The notes under the pieces were generated by a model, which searched no databases, had not been told where the DNA came from, and worked only from the letters and a program-made list of their open reading frames with translations. The translations under genes were made by a program, and so were the position numbers. From an uncultured Solirubrobacterales bacterium (GTDB lineage Bacteria > Actinomycetota > Thermoleophilia > Solirubrobacterales > 70-9), in contig OY970245.1 of assembly GCA_963715455.1 (NCBI GenBank), forward strand, positions 2,066,110-2,130,109: a stretch of 64,000 bases of DNA, read 5' to 3'. This document shows positions 1 to 8,556 of this stretch, piece after piece. How positions within the stretch are numbered: the first letter of the stretch is position 1; every line of letters begins with the position of its first letter.

Positions 1-1167
1 GCCTTGGTTATTGATCACGCCCGCGAGCGCGCCGCTCTGGTTGAAGTTGATCGTGCCGGTGTTGACGATCGTGCCGCCATTCCCCGAGTCGACCACGCTG
101 CCGGTGCCGGCGTCGGCCGCGACGGTGAGGGTGCCCGCGTTCGTGAACGTGTTGCCCTGGGCAGCAATGTCCGGGCCGCCACCGGCGCCGCAGGGGATGC
201 TGCAGGTGAGGGTGATCGTGCCGCTGTTGGTGAACGGCCCGCCGAGGAAGGCGTTCGTGTTGCTGCTCTCATCGCTGATCGTCAGCGACTGATTGCTCTG
301 CATCGTCCCGGTCAGGGTGATGCCCCCGTACACCCTGACTTTGGACGCTCCGTTGCCGGTGTATTTGAGCGAGCCGCAGGGGATCTGCACCGGGCTGGTG
401 CCGGTCGTCGCGCCGTCGCCCTGCTCGTAGTTGAGGACGTCGAAGGTACCCGCGCCGGTCGCGTTGAGCGTCCCACCGGCGTCGTTCTTGAACGAGGCAC
501 TGGTGTCGCCGCAGGAGCTGCCGCCTGAGCGCAGGATCGTCCCATCGGCGATGTTGACCGTGCCCTGGTTGGTCACCGCGCCGTTGTCGAACTTCGCCCC
601 GTGGTTGAACTGCATGGTCCCGGTGTTGAGCAGCGGGCCGCTGATGAAGGGGGTGCTTCCGACGCTCGCGTTGACGTCCGCGTCGACGGTGATCGCGCCG
701 GCGTTGGTGATCGTCGGGGCTCCTATGCTAGGCGAGCCGCAGCTGGAGGGCGTCACGTTGCATTTGAGGGTTATCGCCGCTCCGCTCGCGATGCTGAGCT
801 GTCCACCGGCGGCGACGTTTAGGTTGGTGTTCGGGCCCTCGGCGGAGATCTGCAGGGTGGGGCTCGATCCAGCTCCCCCGATCGTCATCGACTTCGCCAC
901 CGACCCACCGGTCATCACCACCGTGTAGGTGCCGGCAGCGGTGATCGAGGCGTCGCAGGAACCGCTTGGCGCCCCGTTGGTCCAGTTTGCGTCGGTGTTG
1001 TAGTGCCCGGATTCCCCGATCCAAGAGGTTGCGAAGACCCCGGGCGTGACCGGACAGGCCGCAGATGCGCTCGAAGGCGCAGATGAGAAGGCAACCATCG
1101 CGACGAGCCCTGCCAAAGCGGCCAAACACGTGACCCGACGACCGCGGATCTGCACACTCTCACTCAT
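1..1167 (-). CDS. secreted repeat protein, parallel beta-helix/adhesin-like; C-terminal part lies outside the window
   Basis: My manual translation from ATG 1167 (GAGG 4 nt upstream) stays open for all 389 codons down to position 1. It is absent from the supplied ORF track because there is no stop in the window. The N-terminus MSESVQIRGRRVTCLAALAGLVAMVAFSSAPSSASA/AC looks like a Sec signal peptide. The body carries repeated x-N-x-G-T-(I/L/M) turns (TNAGAITV, LNTGTMQF, TNQGTVNI, TNSGTITL, TNAGTLTV, VNTGTINF) and paired Cys residues. GC3 is high. Confidence 0.7.
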   Translation of the reverse strand, partial: MSESVQIRGRRVTCLAALAGLVAMVAFSSAPSSASAACPVTPGVFATSWIGESGHYNTDANWTNGAPSGSCDASITAAGTYTVVMTGGSVAKSMTIGGAGSSPTLQISAEGPNTNLNVAAGGQLSIASGAAITLKCNVTPSSCGSPSIGAPTITNAGAITVDADVNASVGSTPFISGPLLNTGTMQFNHGAKFDNGAVTNQGTVNIADGTILRSGGSSCGDTSASFKNDAGGTLNATGAGTFDVLNYEQGDGATTGTSPVQIPCGSLKYTGNGASKVRVYGGITLTGTMQSNQSLTISDESSNTNAFLGGPFTNSGTITLTCSIPCGAGGGPDIAAQGNTFTNAGTLTVAADAGTGSVVDSGNGGTIVNTGTINFNQSGALAGVINNQG

Positions 1168-1252
1168 CCTCAGCTACCTCTTCCGTTGTAGATCGATCTG
1201 ATGGGCGAGCGCCCCTGCACTGCGCACGGGAGCCTAGCGCGCCAAGGGCCTT

Positions 1253-1276
1253 TAAATAGGCAGTTCTGCCTATTTA
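1253..1276. repeat. 24-nt perfect AT-rich palindrome TAAATAGGCAG-TT-CTGCCTATTTA; candidate operator
   Basis: The 11-nt arms at 1253-1263 and 1266-1276 are exact reverse complements with a 2-nt spacer. It lies in the 246-nt intergenic region, 86-109 nt upstream of the 1167 start codon and 138 nt downstream of the clpX stop. Confidence 0.6.
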
Positions 1277-1413
1277 TGGATCGAGTCGCAGGACGGCGCT
1301 CTCAGTAGCCTCTCGCTGGAAAGCTCGACGCACGCAGGGAATGAACTTGCGGCCGAACTCCCATGTCCATCTCCTGCGTGGCCCGCCTGGATTCGCATCC
1401 GACCCGGCTGCGC

Positions 1414-2706
<1,293 letters not shown>

Positions 2707-2863
2707 CGGAATCCCCTCCTTAGGGGCAGTGGTTGCCTACCGGCTCGCGCCCCAAAGCTTAGAGGGGGGATCAAGCCGGCCTGTCGGTGCGGTCGTTTAC
2801 TGCGCGCCGCACCCCGTCCCTCCCCGTGACTGCGTACTTGCGTGACCGCGGTACCGTGAGCGG

Positions 2864-3319
2864 GTGGCCGGTGAGCTGAGAATCGCCCCGATCTCCGAGG
2901 CCGAACTCGGCACTCTGCTGCCGATGATCGCCGCCTACCAGCGCTTCTACGAGGTCGAGACGATCGACGAGGAGCGCAACCGCGCCTTCTTCTCCCGTTT
3001 CATCGCCCCCAGTGAGGACGGCATGCTGCTCGGCGCCTGGCGCGATGGCAAGCTGCTCGGCTACGCCTGCCTCTACTGGAGCTTCACCTCGCTTGTCCCG
3101 GCCGAGACCGTGCTGATGAACGACCTCTACGTCGACCCCGCGGTGCGCGGCCAGGGCGTTGGCCGAGCCCTGATCAAGGCCGCCGCCGCCGTTGGCCGCG
3201 AGCGCGGGGCGCAGCGACTGGAATGGGCAACTGCGCCGAGCAACGCAACCGCCCAGCGCCTCTACGACTCGACCGACGCCGAGCGCAACGAGTGGGTCGA
3301 GTACGAGCTGGGGCTCTAG
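2864..3319 (+). CDS. GNAT family N-acetyltransferase
   Basis: It is 151 aa with the acetyl-CoA binding motif VRGQGVGRAL (R/Q-x-x-G-x-G/A) and the typical GNAT length. The start is GTG and it is divergent from clpX. Confidence 0.8.
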   Translation: MAGELRIAPISEAELGTLLPMIAAYQRFYEVETIDEERNRAFFSRFIAPSEDGMLLGAWRDGKLLGYACLYWSFTSLVPAETVLMNDLYVDPAVRGQGVGRALIKAAAAVGRERGAQRLEWATAPSNATAQRLYDSTDAERNEWVEYELGL

Positions 3320-3792
3320 CTGTAGCGGTCCCAGCGGCGCAGGGGCGGCGCTGGGTCTATCGGCTGACCTGCGACGTGGATCTCGAAGTGCAGGTGGCAG
3401 CCGACCGTGCGGGCGTTGCCGGTGTCGCCGACGGCGCCGACGGACTGGCCGGTCAAGACGCCATCGCCGCGCCGCAGCGGCGATGGCCGCGGCAGGTGAG
3501 CGTAGAAGTAGCTGCGCCGCTCCCCTTCGCCGCCGATCAGCAGGTAGTTGCCGTAGAGCACCGGGTCATAGCCGCTGCGCGGCGCCCCGAACTCGCCGAT
3601 CGGCCCGCGCAGCCAGTGTGGCCCAGCAACCGGGAAGACATGCCCATAGAAACGCGTCCCCCCATCGCTCGCAAAAGCTCTACCCCCTAACAACCCGGCG
3701 AGGACGAGCAGAAGCACAAGCACGACAGCGCCCATCCCGGTAGGGGTGAAGCGTCTTGTACTTTTTCGCGGCCGCCGCTCGGGCGCCAGCAA
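3316..3792 (-). CDS. M23/LytM-like peptidase domain protein, membrane anchored, possibly degenerate
   Basis: A basic N-terminus is followed by the TM segment GAVVLVLLLVLAGLLG. The C-terminal part reads YGNYLLIGG...YFYAHL...GQSVGAVGDTGNARTVGCHLHFEI, which is the M23 HxH motif. I could not find the first HxxxD motif. The start is uncertain (TTG 3792 or ATG 3735). Its stop shares the tetranucleotide CTAG (3316-3319) with the convergent GNAT stop. Confidence 0.6.
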   Translation of the reverse strand: MLAPERRPRKSTRRFTPTGMGAVVLVLLLVLAGLLGGRAFASDGGTRFYGHVFPVAGPHWLRGPIGEFGAPRSGYDPVLYGNYLLIGGEGERRSYFYAHLPRPSPLRRGDGVLTGQSVGAVGDTGNARTVGCHLHFEIHVAGQPIDPAPPLRRWDRYS

Positions 3793-3845
3793 TCCCCGCC
3801 TCTCGAAAAAGTTAAGCGGAACCCCTACCGGGATGGGCGCGCACC

Positions 3846-4430
3846 TCAGTGGTGCTCGATGACGCGATCGACGAGGTTGTACTCCCGCGCTTCCTCGGCG
3901 CTCATGAAGTAGTCGCGATCGGTGTCGTTTGTGACCTTCTCGAAAGGCTGGCCGGTGTGCTTGGCGAGGATCTCATCGAGGCGGCGACGCACGTCGATGA
4001 TCTCTTTGGCGTGGATCTCGATGTCGGTCGCCTGGCCTTCGAAACCGGATGACACCTGGTGAATGAGAATCTTCGAGTTGGGCAGCGCCATGCGCTTGCC
4101 GGCGGCGCCGCCGGAGAGCAGCAGGGCGCCCATGCTCATCGCGATGCCGACGCAGATCGTCTGCACGTCGGGCTTGATGAACTGCATCGTGTCGTAGATC
4201 GCCAAGCCGGCGTAAACCGAACCGCCGGGCGAGTTGACGTAGAGGCTGATGTCCTTGTCGGGGTCCTCGGACTCCAGGTGCAGGAGCTGGGCAACGATCA
4301 GGTTGGCGATGTCCTCGGTAACTGCTGTGCCGAGGAAGACGATGCGCTCGTTCAGCAGCCGTGAGTAGATGTCGAAAGAGCGCTCGCCGCGCGAGGTCTG
4401 CTCGACCACCATTGGGACCAAAGGACTCAT
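3846..4430 (-). CDS. clpP: ATP-dependent Clp protease proteolytic subunit ClpP
   Basis: It is 194 aa and contains [27 protein letters not shown], the active-site context [11 protein letters not shown], and ILIHQ. Confidence 0.96.
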   Translation of the reverse strand: MSPLVPMVVEQTSRGERSFDIYSRLLNERIVFLGTAVTEDIANLIVAQLLHLESEDPDKDISLYVNSPGGSVYAGLAIYDTMQFIKPDVQTICVGIAMSMGALLLSGGAAGKRMALPNSKILIHQVSSGFEGQATDIEIHAKEIIDVRRRLDEILAKHTGQPFEKVTNDTDRDYFMSAEEAREYNLVDRVIEHH

Positions 4431-4490
4431 CGCCGCGCACTCTATAGAAGCGGCTACACGGACTCGCGAGCTGCAGCTAGGCGTGCAGGC

Positions 4491-5879
4491 TCAGGAACCG
4501 GACTCGGGCGTCCAGAGCTCGGAGGGCTTCTCATCCTGCTCCTTCTCTGGCGTCCAGATCTTCTCGCGAGCTTCGGCCTGCTCGAGCGGAATCGGCTCGG
4601 CCGCCTCGGCGATCAGGTCGATCGCCTTGCGCACCTGGATGTCCTCGCGGACCATCGCGTCGCGGCCGTTCTCGCGCAAGCGGGCGAGCAGCTTCTCCGG
4701 TGTGGTGCGCTCGTGTTCGGCCGTGTGAGCGAGTGCCTCGACCAGCTCCTCCTCGGCGACCTCGATCGCCTCGGCCGCGACGATCGCCGCCAGCACCGCC
4801 TCGCGCTGCAGCTCACGCTCGGCGTCGGGCTTCGACTCCTCGAGCAGCTCCTCACGCGTTTTGCCCTGCATCTGCAGGTAGGTGTTGGGGTCCATGCCGC
4901 GCGCGGCGAGCTGGCGCTCGACCCGCTCCCAGCGCTCGGCGGCGCGCGCCGCGACCAGGTCGTCGGGGATCTCGACCGTTGCTGCGGCGACCGCCGCATC
5001 GACCGCCGCGACACGGAAGTCCTGCTCGGCGCGCTCGCCGAGCGCCTCGCCAACCCGCTTGGCGATGTCGGCACGCAGCTCCGCAAGCGTCTCGAACTCC
5101 GATGCCTCGGCCGCGAACTCATCGTCGAGCTCGGGCAGGATCTTTTCCCGCACCTCCTTGACCTCGACCTTGAAGACCGCGTCCTGGCCGGCGAGCTGCT
5201 CGGCCTGGTAGTCCTCTGGGAAGGTGACCTCGACCTGGCGCTCCTCGTCGGCGGTGGCGCCGGTCAGTTGCTCCTCGAAGCCCTCGATCAGTTGGCCGCT
5301 GCCCAGCTCGAGCAGGTAGTCGCCGGCCTTACCGCCCTCGAAGGCCTTGCCGTCGAGCAGCCCCTCGAAGTCGATCAGCAGCACGTCGCCCTCAGCGGCG
5401 GCACGCTCGACCGGCTCGAGCCGTGCGAAGCCGGTGCGGATGCGCTCGATCTCGCGCTCGACGATCTCCTCGTCGGGCTCGGTCTCGGCCTTGCCCACCT
5501 CGAGCCCCTTGTACTCACCGAGCTTCGCCTCCGGGCGCACGCCGATCTCAAACTTGAAGCTGAGCGGCTCGTCCTCCGCCTCAGGCGCCGAGACGATCTC
5601 GATGCTGGGATCACCCACCGGGCTGATGCCGGAGCCGAGCAATCCCTGCTCGTACCACTCGGGCAGCGACTCGCGGATCGCCTCTTGCAGGACGGCGCCG
5701 AAGCCGAGTCGCTGGATGACCAGCGAGGGCGGTGCTTTGCCCTTGCGAAAGCCGGGCAGCCGCATCTCCCGCGCCAGGCTGCGGGCGGCGCGCTGTATGC
5801 CGCGGCCGACCTGCTCGGCGGGAACCTCCACCTCGACCCGGGCGCGCGAGTCGGGCAGCTCTGTGACGACGGTCTGCAC
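4491..5879 (-). CDS. tig: trigger factor
   Basis: It is 462 aa with the ribosome-binding signature GFRKGKAP near the N-terminus and an acidic C-terminal region. It occupies the canonical position upstream of clpP. The start is GTG. Confidence 0.92.
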   Translation of the reverse strand: MQTVVTELPDSRARVEVEVPAEQVGRGIQRAARSLAREMRLPGFRKGKAPPSLVIQRLGFGAVLQEAIRESLPEWYEQGLLGSGISPVGDPSIEIVSAPEAEDEPLSFKFEIGVRPEAKLGEYKGLEVGKAETEPDEEIVEREIERIRTGFARLEPVERAAAEGDVLLIDFEGLLDGKAFEGGKAGDYLLELGSGQLIEGFEEQLTGATADEERQVEVTFPEDYQAEQLAGQDAVFKVEVKEVREKILPELDDEFAAEASEFETLAELRADIAKRVGEALGERAEQDFRVAAVDAAVAAATVEIPDDLVAARAAERWERVERQLAARGMDPNTYLQMQGKTREELLEESKPDAERELQREAVLAAIVAAEAIEVAEEELVEALAHTAEHERTTPEKLLARLRENGRDAMVREDIQVRKAIDLIAEAAEPIPLEQAEAREKIWTPEKEQDEKPSELWTPESGS

Positions 5880-5908
5880 GAGCGGGAGACCCTAGACGAA
5901 TCGCCACA

Positions 5909-5953
5909 GGTGCAACGTTTTTTGGTCCCTATAGGACGAAAAAACGTTGCACC
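5909..5953. repeat. 45-nt near-perfect palindrome/hairpin; terminator of the upstream gene and/or operator in the tig leader
   Basis: The arms GGTGCAACGTTTTTT (5909-5923) and AAAAAACGTTGCACC (5939-5953) are exact reverse complements. The 15-nt centre, GGTCCCTATAGGACG, pairs for a further 4 bp. It lies 30-74 nt upstream of the tig start and 140 nt downstream of the stop at 6093. Confidence 0.6.
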
Positions 5954-6092
5954 AGGACTGGGGGCTCAGCCGCGACGGTTGGCAAGCATCGTGCGTAGGG
6001 CGACACCGAAGTCGATCGCGAAGGCCGCTCCACGACCCAGCGGGCCGGTGACCAGCCAAGCACGCGCGCGGACCAGAGCTCCCCCCAGCGAG

Positions 6093-7601
6093 TTATTCCT
6101 CATTCGCGTATTCCAGCAAGGACGAGTCGACGAGCCACTCGACCGGGGCTCGATCGTCGGTGTAAACCTCGCCACCGGCGAGTCGCGGCATGAGCTGGGC
6201 GGCGGTCTCGCGCGCCAGCGGCCGCAGGCGCGCCGGCACGGCGCCGACGCTGCGGCGCAGGCGCGCCGCCGAGAGCGTCCCCTCGCCCGCCACCAGGAGC
6301 GTGTTGGTCAGCTCGATCGGGTGGCGCAACACGCTCGGCAAGGCCGCTTCCATGGTCCGCCCGAGCACCGTCTCCAATTCCTCGCTGCCCTCGGGGTGGC
6401 CGACGTTGACGATCACCACGCCACCCGGCGCAAGCCGATCGCGAGCCAGCTCGAAGAACTCGCGCGTCGCCAGATAGAAGGGAATGTAGGGCTGGCGATA
6501 GGCGTCGACCATGATCGCGTCGTAGCCGCCCTCGGCGCGGCGCAACCAGGGGCGAGCGTCCTCGTGGAAGGTGCGCATGCTCGGGTTGCGCAGGTCGAAG
6601 AAGCGCCGCCCGATCTCGGTCAGCTCGGCGTCAATCTCGACCGCGTCGACCGCCGTATGGGGATAAAAGTGGCCGAAGGCGCGGGCCACGGTGCCGGCGC
6701 CGTTGCCGAGGATCGCAATGCGTCGCGGCGGCTGGGGACTGGCGGCGAAGGGCAGCACGAGGTGGCCGTCCCAGTAGTCGCCGGTCAGGTAGCTGCCGGG
6801 CCGGTAGAGCGAGTGCACCGCCTGACCCTCGTTGAGCTCCAGCACGCGCGTGCCGTCGGGGCGTTCGACGACCCGCACGTACTCCTGCGTGGTCTCGGCC
6901 TCGTAGAGGACGCGGCCCGTGTCGGCGGCCTTGATCGTGCCGACCGGCAGCGAGACAACCAGGGCAAGCAGCGCCGGCACCGCGAGGAAGCGCCAGCCCA
7001 GACCCGCCACGGCGACCAGAGCGAGGGCGAGAGCGAAGACGAGGAAGGTGCGCTGCGTGCCGAGCAGCGGGATGAGTAGCAGGGCAGCCAGCATCGTGCC
7101 GACCAGCGAGCCGGCGGTCGAGGTCGCGTACAGCCTGCCGACCACCTCGCCGGAGCGATCGACGTCGGCGACAGCGAGGCGCACGGCCCAGGGCGCCGCG
7201 GCACCGAGCAGAGTGACTGGGACGGCGACGAGCACCAGCACGCCGAAGAGCGAGCCAGCGAATCCGCCGACCGAGACGCTGTCGAAGGCGTCGACCGAGA
7301 AGCTGAGGAAAGGCCGCGCGGCGAAGGGCACGGTGGCGATCAAGAGCGCCGCGACGAGCACCAGCAGGCAGAGTCCGCGCATGTGCGGATGGCGGTCGGC
7401 GAAGCGGCCACCAAACCAGTAGCCGACCGAGAGGGCGACGAGCACGACGCCGATCGTGTTCGCCCAGACGATCGTCGAGGCGCCAAAGTAGGGCGCCAAG
7501 AGGCGCGCTGCGGCGATCTCGGCGCCGAGGCTGGCGGCCCCGACGACGAAGACCAGCAACGCCAGCAGGCGCCGCTCAGACGGGGTCGCGCTCGGGCTCA
7601 T
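6093..7601 (-). CDS. membrane-fused spermidine synthase-like (polyamine aminopropyltransferase family) protein
   Basis: The N-terminal half is hydrophobic and multi-TM. The C-terminal half reads ILGNGAGTVARAFGHFYP...VDAVEIDAELTEIGRRFF...YDAIMVDAY, a spermidine-synthase type methyltransferase fold. I place the start at ATG 7601 (MSPSATPSERRLL). The tracked 7772 start would overlap the upstream gene by about 200 nt. Confidence 0.72.
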   Translation of the reverse strand: MSPSATPSERRLLALLVFVVGAASLGAEIAAARLLAPYFGASTIVWANTIGVVLVALSVGYWFGGRFADRHPHMRGLCLLVLVAALLIATVPFAARPFLSFSVDAFDSVSVGGFAGSLFGVLVLVAVPVTLLGAAAPWAVRLAVADVDRSGEVVGRLYATSTAGSLVGTMLAALLLIPLLGTQRTFLVFALALALVAVAGLGWRFLAVPALLALVVSLPVGTIKAADTGRVLYEAETTQEYVRVVERPDGTRVLELNEGQAVHSLYRPGSYLTGDYWDGHLVLPFAASPQPPRRIAILGNGAGTVARAFGHFYPHTAVDAVEIDAELTEIGRRFFDLRNPSMRTFHEDARPWLRRAEGGYDAIMVDAYRQPYIPFYLATREFFELARDRLAPGGVVIVNVGHPEGSEELETVLGRTMEAALPSVLRHPIELTNTLLVAGEGTLSAARLRRSVGAVPARLRPLARETAAQLMPRLAGGEVYTDDRAPVEWLVDSSLLEYANEE

Positions 7602-8490
7602 TCGTTGCCCCGACGATGCGTTCCTCAAGCCGGGCGCCGTGGCCGGCGGCGACGGCGCGCTGCGCGCGGCGCTCGTCGAGCTCGTATCCGCGATCGTGGG
7701 CGAGGTCGAGTAGACGCTGCTTCTCGGTGCCTTCGCGGGCCACTTCGAAGAAGGTCCAGGCGAGCACGCCAAGGGCCAGGAAGGTGCCCTCGATCATCAT
7801 GATTACCCCGGCCGTGCTCTGGTCGGCGAGCGCTGAGATGCCCCAGTAACGCTCACCGGGAGCGTAGATCGGGTAAAGCACGCTGCCCGACCACATCAGC
7901 ACGTTGCCGAGGATCGCCCCGGCGAAACGCACGGCGATCACATAACCCACCTTCCAGCCCGCGCTGAACCACTCAGGCTTGGGCAGTGGGCCGAAGATCG
8001 GCATCCACATCAGGCAGCCGAAGAAGAGGAAGGTGGCGTGCTCGAAGGCATGCATCGGCGCCGCCCCGTAGGCGGCTTCGTAGAGCGCCGGGATGTGCCA
8101 GAGGTAGAAGTTGAGCATCCAGAGCGGCAGGGCGACGAGCGGGTGGGCAAGTACCTGCAGGCGATTGAAGAGGCGGATCGCGAGGATCGGCTGCAGCAGT
8201 GACTTGGTCAGGCCGAGGACGAGCAGCAGCGAGGCAAGATCGCCGATCAAGAGGTGCTCAGCCATATGAGCGATGACCAGCTCCTCGGAGATGTGGCCGA
8301 TCGGGCTGAAGAGGGCGATCGCGATCAGCGCCAGGCCGGAGCCGAAGCAGACCTGGCGCCAGAGCGGCACCGGCCGCTCATCCCAGGAGAGGACCATCGC
8401 CCGGTGCCAGTAGAGGATCGCGACAAGCGTGATCGGCACCACCTCGAGCGGCGCGAAGAGACCGGCGACGTGGGCGAAGGGCAGACTCAC
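7576..8490 (-). CDS. cytochrome c oxidase assembly factor CtaG-like membrane protein (Caa3_CtaG family)
   Basis: It is polytopic, with the blocks AHMAEHLLIGD, LNFYLWHIPALYEAA...HAFEHATFLFFGCLMWMP and ALADQSTAGVIMMIEG, which line up with Bacillus-type CtaG. The start at GTG 8490 is tentative; the tracked 8724 start would overlap the divergent GH15 gene. The stop overlaps the next gene's start by 26 nt. Confidence 0.62.
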   Translation of the reverse strand: MSLPFAHVAGLFAPLEVVPITLVAILYWHRAMVLSWDERPVPLWRQVCFGSGLALIAIALFSPIGHISEELVIAHMAEHLLIGDLASLLLVLGLTKSLLQPILAIRLFNRLQVLAHPLVALPLWMLNFYLWHIPALYEAAYGAAPMHAFEHATFLFFGCLMWMPIFGPLPKPEWFSAGWKVGYVIAVRFAGAILGNVLMWSGSVLYPIYAPGERYWGISALADQSTAGVIMMIEGTFLALGVLAWTFFEVAREGTEKQRLLDLAHDRGYELDERRAQRAVAAGHGARLEERIVGATNEPERDPV

Positions 8491-8556
8491 CGAATCCAGC
8501 GTAGCGACGCGGTTTGCGCGAGCGACACCCGCGTTCGCTGCTAGCTTGGCCTCGCT

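Noticed and set aside
1253-1276. Reading the 24-nt palindrome as the clpX intrinsic terminator
   Set aside because: The 2-nt centre cannot form a loop without melting the stem. The stem is AT-rich and no T-tract follows on either strand. It is kept as a candidate operator instead.
5966-6175. 69-aa minus-strand ORF between the palindrome and the stop at 6093
   Set aside because: It overlaps the 3' end of the spermidine-synthase-like gene out of frame, and has no motif or ribosome-binding site.
4713-7079. 788-aa plus-strand ORF spanning tig, the intergenic palindrome and the spermidine-synthase-like gene
   Set aside because: It is antisense to two well-supported genes and crosses an obvious non-coding palindrome. 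The composition is typical of a GC-rich shadow ORF.
7602-7772. Upstream extension of the spermidine-synthase-like ORF, and likewise 8491..8724 for the CtaG-like ORF
   Set aside because: The extensions overlap neighbouring well-supported genes (CtaG-like and GH15 respectively) and are hydrophilic, low-complexity sequence preceding the first TM segment. The exact starts remain uncertain.
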